This document shows positions 38,564-49,561 of a stretch of DNA of 64,000 bases, piece by piece. The notes under the pieces were generated by a model, which was given only the letters and a program-made list of their open reading frames with translations, was not told where the DNA came from and searched no databases. Each line of letters opens with the position of its first letter. Within the stretch, counting starts at the first letter, position 1. A program made the position numbers and the translations under genes. The DNA is from an uncultured Pseudomonadota bacterium (GTDB lineage: Bacteria > Pseudomonadota > Gammaproteobacteria > Ga0077536), in the NCBI GenBank assembly GCA_902597385.1, contig CACJXQ010000001.1, forward strand, positions 31,910-95,909, written 5' to 3'.

Positions 38564-39850
38564 TTGATTATCTCAACCCAAATGCCCATCCCACTCAAAA
38601 AGAAAGTTGTTTTGCCATTAGGTACGATTCTCTTGGGCCTTCTAGTAACGTTGATGCTAGCTAACTCCAGGCCCAATGTCTCGCAGAGGACAATACCAGA
38701 AAAGGTTTGGCCAGTGAACGTGATGAGAGCTAAACCAATAAATATACAACCCAAAATATCTATTTATGGAGAAGTGAGGGCCGCGAGAGAGGCCGAATTA
38801 AGAAGCGTCTTAGGTGGAAGGATAAGTAACCTTAACCCGATATTTAGAAATGGCAACCTTCTTAAAGAGGGCACGCAGCTTTTAGCCATTGAACGAAACG
38901 ATTATGAAAATCTAGCGACAGAAAAAAGAGCCGATTTGATCCATGCCGAAGCCGTGCTTAATGAGTTGCGCTCTGAATTAAAATTCGAGAAAGAGCTTCT
39001 GAAAAATTCGCAGAGACAAGTTGAGCTCGCCCGTCGCGCTTTCGATAGAACCTCTGAGCTTGCAAGGCAAGGAACTGAGAGTAAAAAAGCAATCGACGAT
39101 GCTGAGTCCAATTTGGCCCAAACGGAAAAAGATAAAATACTCAGAGAACAAAAAGTTGCTCGTTTGGGTTCGAAGATAAAACAACAAGCCGCACTTCACA
39201 AAAAAGCGAATGCGTCAGTAGCTACCGCTGAGCAGGCTTTAGCCGATACTTTGATACTTGCCCCGTTCGAGGGTTACGTGGCCGACGTTCAGGTTGCTCT
39301 TGGACAATTATTGGTAAAGGGTGAGAAGATAGGGAGGTTATTGTCTGCACGAGAGTTAGAGGTCCAGTTCGAGCTGCCGGAGGGAGACTATGGACGATTT
39401 ACGTCAAAAAAAGAGGTGCAGGACCAAAGCGAGGAATCGATATTAGGAAGGCCTTTGGAAATAATATGGGAACTCGGTAGTGAGGAGCATAAATACGAAG
39501 CCACTCTAACCCGTATTGGACCGGAATTAAACGTAGACACAGGCGGGGTAGACATGTTTGCCTCGGTTGATCAAAAAGCTGTAGAGAGTGGTTTGAGGTC
39601 GGGAGCCTTTGTTGAGGTGCTTTTCCCAGACTTTGAGTATCAGAATGTATTTCAAGTTCCCATACGTGCGGTTGCGGACGCAGAGCATGTGTATGTAATT
39701 CGAGAACAACGCTTGGTTAGGCTACCCGTGGAAGTGGTTGGAAAAGCAGAGGAGAATCTTTTAATAAGGGCGAAAATTTTGTCTGGTGAGTTAATCGTTG
39801 CTAGGCTATTCGAAAATATAGGACCAGGTTTACGCGTTAAGGCGTTATAG
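38564..39850 (+). CDS. RND efflux periplasmic adaptor (membrane fusion protein)
   Basis: TM anchor, coiled-coil hairpin and lipoyl/beta-barrel domains. HlyD/AcrA-like. Confidence 0.8.
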   Translation: MIISTQMPIPLKKKVVLPLGTILLGLLVTLMLANSRPNVSQRTIPEKVWPVNVMRAKPINIQPKISIYGEVRAAREAELRSVLGGRISNLNPIFRNGNLLKEGTQLLAIERNDYENLATEKRADLIHAEAVLNELRSELKFEKELLKNSQRQVELARRAFDRTSELARQGTESKKAIDDAESNLAQTEKDKILREQKVARLGSKIKQQAALHKKANASVATAEQALADTLILAPFEGYVADVQVALGQLLVKGEKIGRLLSARELEVQFELPEGDYGRFTSKKEVQDQSEESILGRPLEIIWELGSEEHKYEATLTRIGPELNVDTGGVDMFASVDQKAVESGLRSGAFVEVLFPDFEYQNVFQVPIRAVADAEHVYVIREQRLVRLPVEVVGKAEENLLIRAKILSGELIVARLFENIGPGLRVKAL

Positions 39851-39865
39851 GCCCTGCTCGCTTTT

Positions 39866-42800
39866 ATGTCGATAATTAGGATATTCGCACAACACCCAAC
39901 CGCCTCTAATCTGGTATTAGCATTGATGATCGTGTGCGGACTTGCGGCCACCCAAGTTTTAAATCGCCAGTTTTTTCCGGATTTTGGATTAGACTACGTC
40001 ACTGTTTCGATAGTCTGGCCCGGAGCATCAGCTCTCGATGTGGATGAAACCCTCGTTAATTCCATTGAACCAGCAGTCCGTTTTATTGATGGGGTTAAGA
40101 AAGTTTCTTCTTCATCTTACGAGGGGTTGGCAAATATCACGATAGAATTCGAATCTGGTCATGACATGCAGCTGGGATTAGCTGAGGTTGAGTCAGCCGT
40201 AGGTCAAATTACGACTCTTCCATTAGATGCTGAAAAGCCGCGAATAAAAAGATTGCTGAGATATGAGACTGTTTCAAAATTAGTTCTGTCTGGGGCTGAT
40301 TCAGAACGTGCACTGAAACATTATGCGAAGAAAGTGAGAGATCATCTTTTGTCTGAGGGGATCGATAAGATAGATCTATTCGGTGATCGTTCAGAGGAAA
40401 TTTGGGTCGCTGTTGAGCCCAAAATTTTACAGAAATTTGATTTAACCGTTGGTGATATTTCAGAACGAATTAGGGACCAGTCTCAAGATTTACCAGCTGG
40501 GGAAATTGCAGGTGGTGAGAGGCAAGTGAGAAGTCTCGGACTAAAAAAAGAGGCGATAGATCTTGAAAGGTTAGAAATAAAGTCGCTCCCTGGTGGGAGC
40601 AAAATGCTCCTCAAGGATATAGCTGCAGTTTCAGAACAATTTGAGGATGGACAGAAAAGAGCTTTTCGCAAAGGAGAGTTGGCAATTGAATTTGATATAA
40701 AAAGAGCCACTAACAGCGATGCTATAGACGCATCAGAAATAGTGCGATCGGAGCTGGATGAAATTCGCGGCTTTCTTCCTGCCAATTTAAAAATAGAAAC
40801 CTATAATGTTCAATCCAACTTGATAAAGGAACGAATTAATTTGTTAGTTTCAAACGGGATGGGCGGTTTGTTATTAGTGCTGATTATCTTGTTTCTTTTT
40901 ATGAGTCCTCGGGTAGCAATGTGGGTGGCGATAGGTATTCCCGCTTCTATCTTGGCTGCGTTGGCCATCATGTGGGTAAGTGATCAAACCATTAACATGC
41001 TTAGTTTGTTCGGGATGATCATGGCCATCGGTATCGTTGTCGATGATGCTATCGTCGTAGGTGAGCATGCAGACCACAGGTTCAAGACAGGATTAAGTCC
41101 TTTGGAAGCTGCAGTGGTTGGGGCTGATAGGATGGCTATACCAGTTTTAAGTGCTACCTTGACCACAATAGCCGCTTTTCTCCCTCTTTTTGTAATTTCT
41201 GGAATAATCGGCCAAATAATATCTGCGATCCCTTTTGTGGTAATAGCTGTTCTAATCGCTAGTTTAATTGAATGTTTCCTAGTTCTCCCAGCCCACTTAT
41301 CCTATGGTTTGGGGAGAGCAAAAAAAGAGTCAGGAAAATTTTGGCATTTTCGTAATACAATTGATAATTCACTTATTAAATTTAGAGAAGAGCAATTCGA
41401 GCCTCTTGTGAAGATAGCTGTTGAGAATCGGTATTTCACTGTATCAATTGCGGCGATGATTTTTATGATCTCTATCGGGAGCGTTATGGGAGGCCATGTT
41501 GGATACCAATTTTTCCCCTCTCCAGAGCCTAATACCATATATGCGAACGTCCGTATGTTACCTGGTTCAACCCAGGAGGAGACTCGCTCCGCTGTCTTGG
41601 AAGTGGAAACTGCGCTACACGATGGGTTGAAAAAAGCAGGTCAGAACCCGGAAGAATTAGTGGTAATGTCTTTGGGAAGAATCGGTACACTAGGCTCGAC
41701 AGGGGGATCTTTGTCTGCCGTCTCCAGCGATAGTCTGGGGGGGGTTGTGGTGGAACTTACGTCTTCCGAGTTTCGGCAAATAAAATCTTCGGAAGTTATC
41801 GAAATATGGAGGGAAGAGACGGTGTGGCCATCGGGAGTGGAAAATTTGACTTTCGAAGCACAGCGGAGTGGCCCACCAGGTGGAGATATGGATATAAGGC
41901 TCAGAACTAATGGTGGTGAAATAACTCTACTCAAGGAAGCGGCAGGAGAACTTGGTACTTTGCTAGGGCGTTATGACGGAGTATCAGACGTTGATGACAA
42001 CATGCCTTTTGGCAAGCCAGAAATTCTTTTAGAGCTTAATGAAAGAGGGAGGGCTTTAGGCTTTTCAACTAGTTCCGTTGCGAGACAGGTGAGAGACCTA
42101 ATAGATGGTTCCATATCAATTCGATTCCCCAGGGGGGAAGAGGAAGTTACCGTAAGGGTGCGACTGGAGAAGGACACAGTTGATAACTCGATCTTACAAA
42201 ACGTTCTATTAAGATCATCTGACGGTAAGAAAATTCCCCTTAAAGAGATAGTAAATTTTAGCTACTCAAAAGGGTTTTCTCGAATAAAGAGGGAGGATGG
42301 TTTTAAGGAGATCGCGGTTTCCGCAGAGATGGATAGTTCAATTACTCGCTCTTCCTATGTTCAGCGAGCTTTACTCGATGACGGCCTCAGGAATATCGGT
42401 GATAGGTATGGCGTTGAGTGGTCTTTTGAAGGCAGGGCAAGGGAGCAGAGGGAAACTATGTCCGATATGATTCTAGGCGCCTCTCTTGGGTTTGCTCTAA
42501 TTTATATAATCTTGGCTTGGGTTTTTTCAAGCTACTCAAGACCCTTTGTTGTTATGGCAATAGTACCGCTGGGTTTTGTGGGAGCAGTTTTAGGGCACGG
42601 CGTTTTAGGTTTTGATCTGACAATTTTGAGCATTTTTGCGATTCTTGGATTATCAGGGATCATAATTAATGACTCGATAGTTCTAGTCACCACAATTAAT
42701 GAGAGAGCGAAGGAGTCCCCATTGATCGAAGCCGTTGTGTCGGGTAGTGGGGACAGATTGCGAGCAGTCTTTCTCACTTCCGCTACTACCATTGGAGGGC

Positions 42801-42997
42801 TTACTCCACTTCTGTTTGAGACTAGTTTACAAGCTCAGTTTTTGATTCCAATGGCTATTACTCTCGTTTTTGGCATGGCGTTAGCTACCTTTATTGTCTT
42901 GTTTATGGTGCCCTCCGTTGTGTTGATAGAACAAGACATCAAGAAGGCTATAGATGGTGTATTCCAAGGATTCAAAGATATTCGGCCAGAAATTTAG
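39866..42997 (+). CDS. RND efflux permease (AcrB/HAE family)
   Basis: 1043 aa with 12 TM segments and two large periplasmic loops. Conserved TM4 motif (FGMIMAIGIVVDDAIVV). Confidence 0.9.
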   Translation: MSIIRIFAQHPTASNLVLALMIVCGLAATQVLNRQFFPDFGLDYVTVSIVWPGASALDVDETLVNSIEPAVRFIDGVKKVSSSSYEGLANITIEFESGHDMQLGLAEVESAVGQITTLPLDAEKPRIKRLLRYETVSKLVLSGADSERALKHYAKKVRDHLLSEGIDKIDLFGDRSEEIWVAVEPKILQKFDLTVGDISERIRDQSQDLPAGEIAGGERQVRSLGLKKEAIDLERLEIKSLPGGSKMLLKDIAAVSEQFEDGQKRAFRKGELAIEFDIKRATNSDAIDASEIVRSELDEIRGFLPANLKIETYNVQSNLIKERINLLVSNGMGGLLLVLIILFLFMSPRVAMWVAIGIPASILAALAIMWVSDQTINMLSLFGMIMAIGIVVDDAIVVGEHADHRFKTGLSPLEAAVVGADRMAIPVLSATLTTIAAFLPLFVISGIIGQIISAIPFVVIAVLIASLIECFLVLPAHLSYGLGRAKKESGKFWHFRNTIDNSLIKFREEQFEPLVKIAVENRYFTVSIAAMIFMISIGSVMGGHVGYQFFPSPEPNTIYANVRMLPGSTQEETRSAVLEVETALHDGLKKAGQNPEELVVMSLGRIGTLGSTGGSLSAVSSDSLGGVVVELTSSEFRQIKSSEVIEIWREETVWPSGVENLTFEAQRSGPPGGDMDIRLRTNGGEITLLKEAAGELGTLLGRYDGVSDVDDNMPFGKPEILLELNERGRALGFSTSSVARQVRDLIDGSISIRFPRGEEEVTVRVRLEKDTVDNSILQNVLLRSSDGKKIPLKEIVNFSYSKGFSRIKREDGFKEIAVSAEMDSSITRSSYVQRALLDDGLRNIGDRYGVEWSFEGRAREQRETMSDMILGASLGFALIYIILAWVFSSYSRPFVVMAIVPLGFVGAVLGHGVLGFDLTILSIFAILGLSGIIINDSIVLVTTINERAKESPLIEAVVSGSGDRLRAVFLTSATTIGGLTPLLFETSLQAQFLIPMAITLVFGMALATFIVLFMVPSVVLIEQDIKKAIDGVFQGFKDIRPEI

Positions 42998-44210
42998 AGG
43001 GATCATGAGAGGCATTCTGAGAGATTAATACCTCTGGGCTACTATAATGCTCAGCCTTATCATCCGCTTCTAAGGCGTATCCGATTGGTTTGATATGACT
43101 ACCAAGGTCTCTTCCCCACTGGATAGTTGCCTGGCCGTAGTGCTTCCTCTCATTTTCCCATCTCTTAAGAGCCTCTGTTCTTTTTTTCGAACCTAGTGCT
43201 TTGGCTAAAGTAGAGGCATCTTCGGCTGCCTTGGAAACCCCTAGGCCAACATGAGGTCTCGCGGTGAAAGCCGCATCTCCTATTAAAATAATTCTTCCAT
43301 GGATTAATTTTTCGCAACTTACATCAAACATGCCTTGAAGGAAAGGATGCTTCGTGAGGTTGATTACCTTTTGAATTTGAGGAGCTAAGTAGAGACTAGC
43401 CTCCTGTTGCATATCTGTTATTAGGCTTTGCCTAATTAAGTGATGAGGTATGCCGTTTTCAAAATACCTCCCATCGCTATCTGTTAAATGATTTCTAAGC
43501 GAGGAGGCGGTCGCATGTCGGTACCATCCCCAATTATACCACCTTCTACCTTCTTCGATTGCATCGTTTTCTCCCGCAACTAAATAACCTAACCAATGCC
43601 CAGCTGGGGCTAAACCAAAGGTGATGACGTTTGTTAGTTGTTTTCTTAGGTCTTGCTCTATCAATTCTTCTTTTATTAAACCTCTCCAGGCAAAGTATCC
43701 AGCATATTCTGGTTGCGAAAGCGGTTCCACTATCTGCCTGACTGTGGAATTCATTCCGTCTGCTCCAATAAGCCAATCTGCTTCAATGGAAGATCCATTT
43801 TTAAATCGAAGGGCGAGTTTTTCTTTGTTGATTATATTTACTTCCAACAACTCATGCTCGGTCTGGTAGTCTGAGTCAGCGATTTGAGCTCGGAGAAATC
43901 GGTATATCAATCCCCAAGACGACATGATCTGGCGCATATTTTGTTTTTCCGTTATCGCTCCTTCTCGACCAATAAGGACTCTACCTTTGCTCTTTACCCC
44001 CATTTCCTGAGTAGGAGTAACGCCTGCACTCCTAAGAGCGTTATAGAGTTGATCATGAGTCGCAATGCCAGCACCTCTGTTAGCCAAGGACTCCTTAGAT
44101 CTCTCGAAAACTGTCACCCTAAATCCGAGTGCTTGCAGATTAATAGCAGCGAATAGGCCTGCCATCGACCCGCCTATAATTACAATCCTTTCAAAGCCCT
44201 TTCTATTCAT
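42972..44210 (-). CDS. FAD-dependent monooxygenase (aromatic hydroxylase type)
   Basis: N-terminal GGSMAGL Rossmann motif, a GD-AAF-type (LIGDAAF) motif and a DG motif. Confidence 0.75.
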   Translation of the reverse strand: MNRKGFERIVIIGGSMAGLFAAINLQALGFRVTVFERSKESLANRGAGIATHDQLYNALRSAGVTPTQEMGVKSKGRVLIGREGAITEKQNMRQIMSSWGLIYRFLRAQIADSDYQTEHELLEVNIINKEKLALRFKNGSSIEADWLIGADGMNSTVRQIVEPLSQPEYAGYFAWRGLIKEELIEQDLRKQLTNVITFGLAPAGHWLGYLVAGENDAIEEGRRWYNWGWYRHATASSLRNHLTDSDGRYFENGIPHHLIRQSLITDMQQEASLYLAPQIQKVINLTKHPFLQGMFDVSCEKLIHGRIILIGDAAFTARPHVGLGVSKAAEDASTLAKALGSKKRTEALKRWENERKHYGQATIQWGRDLGSHIKPIGYALEADDKAEHYSSPEVLISQNASHDPSKFLAEYL

Positions 44211-44326
44211 GATTTCTTAAATCAATTCCAATCTAACTTACTTTGTTTATTATTACTTTCTTTTGTTTTACTCTCAATATTCCGGGGCCTGTAATACCTC
44301 GTTCAAGAAGACAGTTCATTATTTTT

Positions 44327-45259
44327 ATGCAAGATAATAGCCTAATTTTACATCACTATGATTTTTCTAATTTTTCTGAGAAAGTTCGTTTGGTATTTGC
44401 GTTGAAAGAGGTTGACTGGGATTCTGTAATAATTCCAAGTTATCTTCCAAAGCCGGACTACCTTCCTCTAACAGGAGGATATAGAAGGACGCCAGCTTTG
44501 CAAATAGGATCGGATGTCTATTGTGATACTCGTTTAATTGTACGTTTGTTAGATGAAGTGTGTCCTGATCCGCCACTTTATCCGTCTGGATTGACGCCGT
44601 CCGATTATGCGAAAAATAAAATTATAGAAGATTGGGCCGAAACTAATTTCATGCGTCCTATTGCTTTGTATATAACGGGTAGGCATGCTCAGAGATTCTC
44701 TGGAAAGTTTCATCAAGACCGAGCGAACCTTCATGGGAAACCAGCTCCCTCTGTTGAGCAGGTAAATTTATCAGCATTCAAGTACGAAAAACAAGTCGAC
44801 ATATACATGGACTGGCTGAATTGTTTGCTTAAGGGCAAGCGTGATTTTGTTACAGGAGCGAACATATCTCTCACGGACATTGTTTTGTACGAAGGACCTT
44901 GGTTCCTCAAAAAAATCTCTGGAAATTGTGATTTCTTGGAAAATAGATTAGAGCTTGAGCGCTGGTTTAATAGGATGTCTATGCTTTCTTTGCCGCCTCG
45001 TAATTCCTTCGAAGGCGAATATGCCGTGACTGTGGCCTTAAATACCCAACCAAAAAGTGTTTGTGAAGAAATTGATGTCGAGTATCGGCTGGCGAAAGGG
45101 ACTAAAGTAAAAGTGTCTGCATTAGGGGAGAACGCCCATTCAATTGGGAACCTCGTTTATCTAAATTCTGAAAAAATTTGCATTTCTGTGGAATCCAAAA
45201 GAACTGGGGTTGTGCATGTTCATTTTCCGCGAGAGGGTTATTCCGTGCGCGCGATTTAG
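44327..45259 (+). CDS. GST-like protein (thioredoxin-fold N-terminal domain)
   Basis: ATG at 44327. The LHHYDFSNFSEKVR...TGGYRRTPAL pattern resembles the GST N-terminal domain. Confidence 0.5.
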   Translation: MQDNSLILHHYDFSNFSEKVRLVFALKEVDWDSVIIPSYLPKPDYLPLTGGYRRTPALQIGSDVYCDTRLIVRLLDEVCPDPPLYPSGLTPSDYAKNKIIEDWAETNFMRPIALYITGRHAQRFSGKFHQDRANLHGKPAPSVEQVNLSAFKYEKQVDIYMDWLNCLLKGKRDFVTGANISLTDIVLYEGPWFLKKISGNCDFLENRLELERWFNRMSMLSLPPRNSFEGEYAVTVALNTQPKSVCEEIDVEYRLAKGTKVKVSALGENAHSIGNLVYLNSEKICISVESKRTGVVHVHFPREGYSVRAI

Positions 45260-45498
45260 GTGATTGCGCTAATATTCTACTATTCGATGCTACATTATAT
45301 CGGAAGTTGTAATTTTATTACTTTTATATAACTTACTGTTTTCTATAAATTAAATGCAAAACATATCTTTATATATCAAATTAAGATTGGAATCTGATCG
45401 GTTTTAAAATTAAGATCAGGGCAGGATAGAAAAATTAAAAAGCATATTGCGTCGGTCTTGGAAAGGTTCCGATATGAAATATTAATAGGCAAATCATC

Positions 45499-46800
45499 GT
45501 GAATAAAACAGAAAAAGTACAAGTTGCAAAAGTCGATACTACTAGCGGCGAATATGAATTCCATGTCTTAGACGGAACATTGGGGCCTAGCGTTATAGAT
45601 ATCTCTTCTTTGTATGGAGATACCGGTCAATTCACTTATGATCCTGGTTTTACCTCTACGGCTAGTTGCGAATCCAAAATTACCTACATAGACGGTGAGA
45701 AAGGAATACTGCTTTATCGAGGATATCCTATCGATCAATTGGCTGAGCAAAGTAACTTTATTGAAACTGCCTATTTACTTTTAAACGGTGAGTTACCGTC
45801 CTCAAACGATTATGAGGAATTTGAAAGAGCTATTACTAATCACACGATGGTGCATGAGCAATTAAGAAACTTTTACTACGGTTTTAGAAGCGATGCACAT
45901 CCAATGGCCATCATGTGTGGCGTGGTAGGAGCCCTCTCGGCTTTTTATCATGACTCTACTGATATTAATGACCCTTATCAGCGCATGGTTGCAGGTCGAA
46001 GACTGATAGCGAAAATGCCCACAATTGCTGCTATGGCTTTTAAATTTTCCTTAGGTCAGCCATTTGTCTACCCTGATAACGAGCTCGATTACACTGCGAA
46101 TTTTCTAAACATGTGTTTCGCTTTGCCGGCGTTAAAGCATAAAGTCTCTCCTACTCTGGCTCGGGCCTTAGATAAAATTTTTATCTTACACGCTGATCAT
46201 GAGCAGAACGCTTCCACTTCTACTGTTCGTTTGGCTAGTTCATCTGGGGCAAATCCTTTTGCAGCGATTGCGGCGGGGATCGCCTGTCTCTGGGGGCCGG
46301 CGCACGGTGGAGCCAATGAGGCTGCGCTGAATATGCTTATGGAAATTGGCACAGCTGACAAAATACCTGAGTTTATTAAACGAGCTAAGGATAAAAATGA
46401 CCCCTTCAGATTAATGGGATTTGGCCATAGGGTTTACAAAAATTATGACCCCAGGGCTAAGGTGATGCAACAGACATGTCATGAGGTTCTGGCGGAGTTG
46501 GGTATAAAGGATGATCCGTTGTTGGAAGTTGCCTTAGAATTAGAAAAGATTGCTCTTAACGATGATTATTTCGTCGAAAAGCAACTTTATCCTAACATTG
46601 ATTTTTATTCTGGTATTACTCTTAAAGCCATGGGTTTTCCGACGACTATGTTTACGGCTTTGTTTGCATTAGCCCGTACTGTTGGTTGGGTAGCCCAGTG
46701 GAATGAAATGATAGAGGATCCCAGTCAACGAATAGGGCGACCGAGGCAGCTATATACAGGGTATGCAGAGCGCGCCTATAAAAAACGTTCAGAACGCTAA
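45499..46800 (+). CDS. gltA: Citrate synthase, type II
   Basis: Near-colinear similarity to E. coli GltA, including the [14 protein letters not shown] active-site block. Confidence 0.9.
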   Translation: MNKTEKVQVAKVDTTSGEYEFHVLDGTLGPSVIDISSLYGDTGQFTYDPGFTSTASCESKITYIDGEKGILLYRGYPIDQLAEQSNFIETAYLLLNGELPSSNDYEEFERAITNHTMVHEQLRNFYYGFRSDAHPMAIMCGVVGALSAFYHDSTDINDPYQRMVAGRRLIAKMPTIAAMAFKFSLGQPFVYPDNELDYTANFLNMCFALPALKHKVSPTLARALDKIFILHADHEQNASTSTVRLASSSGANPFAAIAAGIACLWGPAHGGANEAALNMLMEIGTADKIPEFIKRAKDKNDPFRLMGFGHRVYKNYDPRAKVMQQTCHEVLAELGIKDDPLLEVALELEKIALNDDYFVEKQLYPNIDFYSGITLKAMGFPTTMFTALFALARTVGWVAQWNEMIEDPSQRIGRPRQLYTGYAERAYKKRSER

Positions 46801-46813
46801 GGGAATATAGTAA

Positions 46814-47296
46814 GTGTCTGAGGAATGCAGTAATAAACATCTGAAAGATGCTTACTTAGAAGACTATAGGGAAGGTCTAATTCTTGAATATGGACCCGTT
46901 CTATTTGAAAAAGAAGATATAATAAAATTTGCTGAAGAATTTGATCCTCAGTATTTCCATGTAAATGAGGCGTTAGCAGAGGATAGTCAATTCGGAGGAT
47001 TAATAGCCAGCGGTTGGCACACCTGTTCGTCTATGATGCGATTATTGGTAGACAATTTTATTTCTAAGCGCTCAAGTTTGGGCTCTCCAGGAGTAGAAAA
47101 AATACGTTGGATTCAACCTGTTAGACCTAATGACAGTCTGAAGCTTAAGCTCGAGATAATAGAGAATAGACTCTCTAGAACCAAGCCAGATAGAGGCCTT
47201 GTGCGATCGAAAATTGAAATGTTTAACCAGCGTGACGCTTTGGTTCTTCAAATGGAAACCATCGGTTTCTTTTTGTCGAAGAGTCTCTCTGCTTGA
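46814..47296 (+). CDS. MaoC-like (R)-hydratase / hotdog-fold dehydratase
   Basis: FDPQYFHVNE...GGLIASGWHT hotdog motif. Confidence 0.75.
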   Translation: MSEECSNKHLKDAYLEDYREGLILEYGPVLFEKEDIIKFAEEFDPQYFHVNEALAEDSQFGGLIASGWHTCSSMMRLLVDNFISKRSSLGSPGVEKIRWIQPVRPNDSLKLKLEIIENRLSRTKPDRGLVRSKIEMFNQRDALVLQMETIGFFLSKSLSA

Positions 47297-47311
47297 ACTG
47301 AATTTTTCCTT

Positions 47312-48238
47312 CTAAAATACCACAACAGTTCTAGCTTCAATACTTTCTCTGGGAGTAAAATTTTTTGGTAAGTTCGGATTCAAGAATCCAGTATGTCCAG
47401 TGAAGCAGGCTCGACCATCATCCGCGGAATCATAACACTTGAGTAAGATTACCTCGGAAGATTTCATCTTCGGAACATAAAACCATTTATGTTTGGGATT
47501 ATATTTAAATGAGTATATTTCTCCCGTTAAAGTTGGCGTTTCTAAATTTTCCTCTTGGAAATGCTCAATTTTTGTGACGACGAAATCTTCTGAATTGGTA
47601 GTCTGAGCGTCGCATATTGCAAGAGGCATGTCTTCAACTGGTTCTATTATTGGTCGCCAAAAGTTCACAAGTACACATCTTCTGGATATAAGGTCTGAAT
47701 ATCCTTTATCTTTGAGGACTTCCGAAATCCTTCTCGGTCCAGAGGATAGGGTGTAGTCGTTATGAGCGCCCTCAACCGGCTCCCTAACCCCCTCTTGGCC
47801 GGCATCGGCCTTAACTTGACTGCGAACATTATGGTCAAACACTATTACTTTATGAGCGGACAAGATCTCTTCCATTTTGCGTTCAACTTCAGGGTAGTAT
47901 TTTTCAATTACTTCAGTGTTGTCGTAAAAATTGTTTATTTCACTAGGGGCTTTGTGTACCTCAAATCCCGCAACATCTAGGCTCAACTGACCACTGAATT
48001 CGCGGCAGTCATATATTTTTACCTTGTGTTTTACTTCGGGCACTTGCTCCGTAGACCCGAATAGTTTTGGATAAACTCGAATTGTGGGTGGGTTGGATGT
48101 TTCAACAAATGACAGCGTTGTCTCCAGATATTCTAGATTTGTGAAATTCGCTCGGTCCAATGAAGGTTCCTTATTGGCTCTATTTTGTTGCTTGCCTATG
48201 TCTAAACTTTTATGCTTAATGCTGTACAATATAGCCAA
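47312..48238 (-). CDS. Putative non-heme Fe(II) oxygenase (CmcJ/NvfI-like family suspected)
   Basis: HND...FTGHTGF motifs are compatible with an HxD...H triad. The family assignment is from memory. Confidence 0.35.
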   Translation of the reverse strand: MAILYSIKHKSLDIGKQQNRANKEPSLDRANFTNLEYLETTLSFVETSNPPTIRVYPKLFGSTEQVPEVKHKVKIYDCREFSGQLSLDVAGFEVHKAPSEINNFYDNTEVIEKYYPEVERKMEEILSAHKVIVFDHNVRSQVKADAGQEGVREPVEGAHNDYTLSSGPRRISEVLKDKGYSDLISRRCVLVNFWRPIIEPVEDMPLAICDAQTTNSEDFVVTKIEHFQEENLETPTLTGEIYSFKYNPKHKWFYVPKMKSSEVILLKCYDSADDGRACFTGHTGFLNPNLPKNFTPRESIEARTVVVF

Positions 48239-48269
48239 ATAATAACAGATTCAATCAGGATGTTTAACA

Positions 48270-48710
48270 GTGGATAAAAATGATTTACTCAACCCAAAGA
48301 TTAAGTGGAAACCTTTTGGTGACTACAAAGGTTTTCGCTATGCTTTACTAAACGTTGATATGAAGAAAAGACTAATTGACTTGCTTTTCCAGTTTGATGC
48401 AAATCAGGAATGCTTTTACCACCGTCACTACCATCCTACATTTACACTCGTTCTATACGGAGAGCACCATGTCTTTGAAAACAACAAAAATGGACGGCTG
48501 GACCGTCGAGTAAAAAAAGCAGGTGAGTTTGCTATGTCAACCGGTGAAGAGACGCATATAGAGGGAGGGGGAGAAATGGGTTGCACAATTTATCAAAATG
48601 TAAGAGCAAATTCTGATTTAGTTTATAGCGTTTTGAATGATGATTTGTCGTTAAAGTTAGATGTTTCGATTGAACATTTCTACCAGGACTTTTTAAAAGA
48701 TGCTGCGTGA
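48270..48710 (+). CDS. Hypothetical protein, possibly cupin-like
   Basis: HRHYHP...H...E pattern resembling a cupin metal site. Confidence 0.3.
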   Translation: MDKNDLLNPKIKWKPFGDYKGFRYALLNVDMKKRLIDLLFQFDANQECFYHRHYHPTFTLVLYGEHHVFENNKNGRLDRRVKKAGEFAMSTGEETHIEGGGEMGCTIYQNVRANSDLVYSVLNDDLSLKLDVSIEHFYQDFLKDAA

Positions 48711-48731
48711 AGTCTAGAAAATACCTATACT

Positions 48732-49538
48732 GTGAAAATGGAACTTAGTACTGGAACTCAACAATTAAAGTGCTACGTAAAAGAGGGCGTGGCAACAGTG
48801 ACCCTTAATAATCCCAAAAAGCGCAACGCTCTTTCGGATGAATTGACGCCTGCCCTTAGGGAAACTCTAGTTCAACTGGAACAGAACGATAAGGTTCGTT
48901 GCCTCATAATTACTGGTTCCGGAGAGTCGTTTTGTTCTGGTGGGGATGTGAGTAGTATGGAAGGTATGGGAGGTACTTCTAATGAGAAAGTGGAAGTATT
49001 GAGAATGCGGCAAAGAACCTTGACTCTGCGCCTATACAATTTAAAAAAGCCCACGATAGCTGCGCTGCCTGGGCCTGCCGCTGGTGCTGGCTTAGCACTT
49101 GCGCTGGCCTGCGATTTTCGCTATGCCGTGAAAAATACATTCGTGACAACCGGTTATGGAAGGATAGGTTTATCGGGTGATTATGGGGGTACATGGTTGT
49201 TAGCTAATCTGACTAATATTTCGATTGCCAAGGAGATGTATTTCTCCTGTCGAAAAGTGGATTCTGAAGAGTGCCATCAGCTCGGGATTTTCAATGACGT
49301 ATTTGAAAAAGATGTGCTCGAAACGAAGGTAGTTAAAATAGCAAAAAGTCTAGCCCAGATGGCTCCTGTTGCACTCGCTAATATGAAGCATAATTTGAAC
49401 TCTGTTCCGAAATCCACCCTGTCGGAGTCGCTGGATTTAGAGGCCGAAAATTTATATCAATGTGTGGCGACCGAGGATCATAAAAATGCTATTAGGGCGT
49501 TTTTAGAAAAGAGAACGCCTGACTTTAAAGGTTACTGA
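48732..49538 (+). CDS. Enoyl-CoA hydratase/isomerase (crotonase) family
   Basis: Crotonase fold with an oxyanion-hole G-G/A region and IAALPGPAAGAGLALALACD. Confidence 0.8.
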   Translation: MKMELSTGTQQLKCYVKEGVATVTLNNPKKRNALSDELTPALRETLVQLEQNDKVRCLIITGSGESFCSGGDVSSMEGMGGTSNEKVEVLRMRQRTLTLRLYNLKKPTIAALPGPAAGAGLALALACDFRYAVKNTFVTTGYGRIGLSGDYGGTWLLANLTNISIAKEMYFSCRKVDSEECHQLGIFNDVFEKDVLETKVVKIAKSLAQMAPVALANMKHNLNSVPKSTLSESLDLEAENLYQCVATEDHKNAIRAFLEKRTPDFKGY

Positions 49539-49561
49539 AAAATATTAGTCGTTTTATTGTA

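Noticed and set aside
39652-42792. Numerous 60-100-aa antisense ORFs inside the RND permease, as well as inside pilY1, the oxoprolinase and addB/addA
   Set aside because: They are embedded in long, well-supported genes on the opposite strand. Their products are low-complexity and typical of shadow ORFs.
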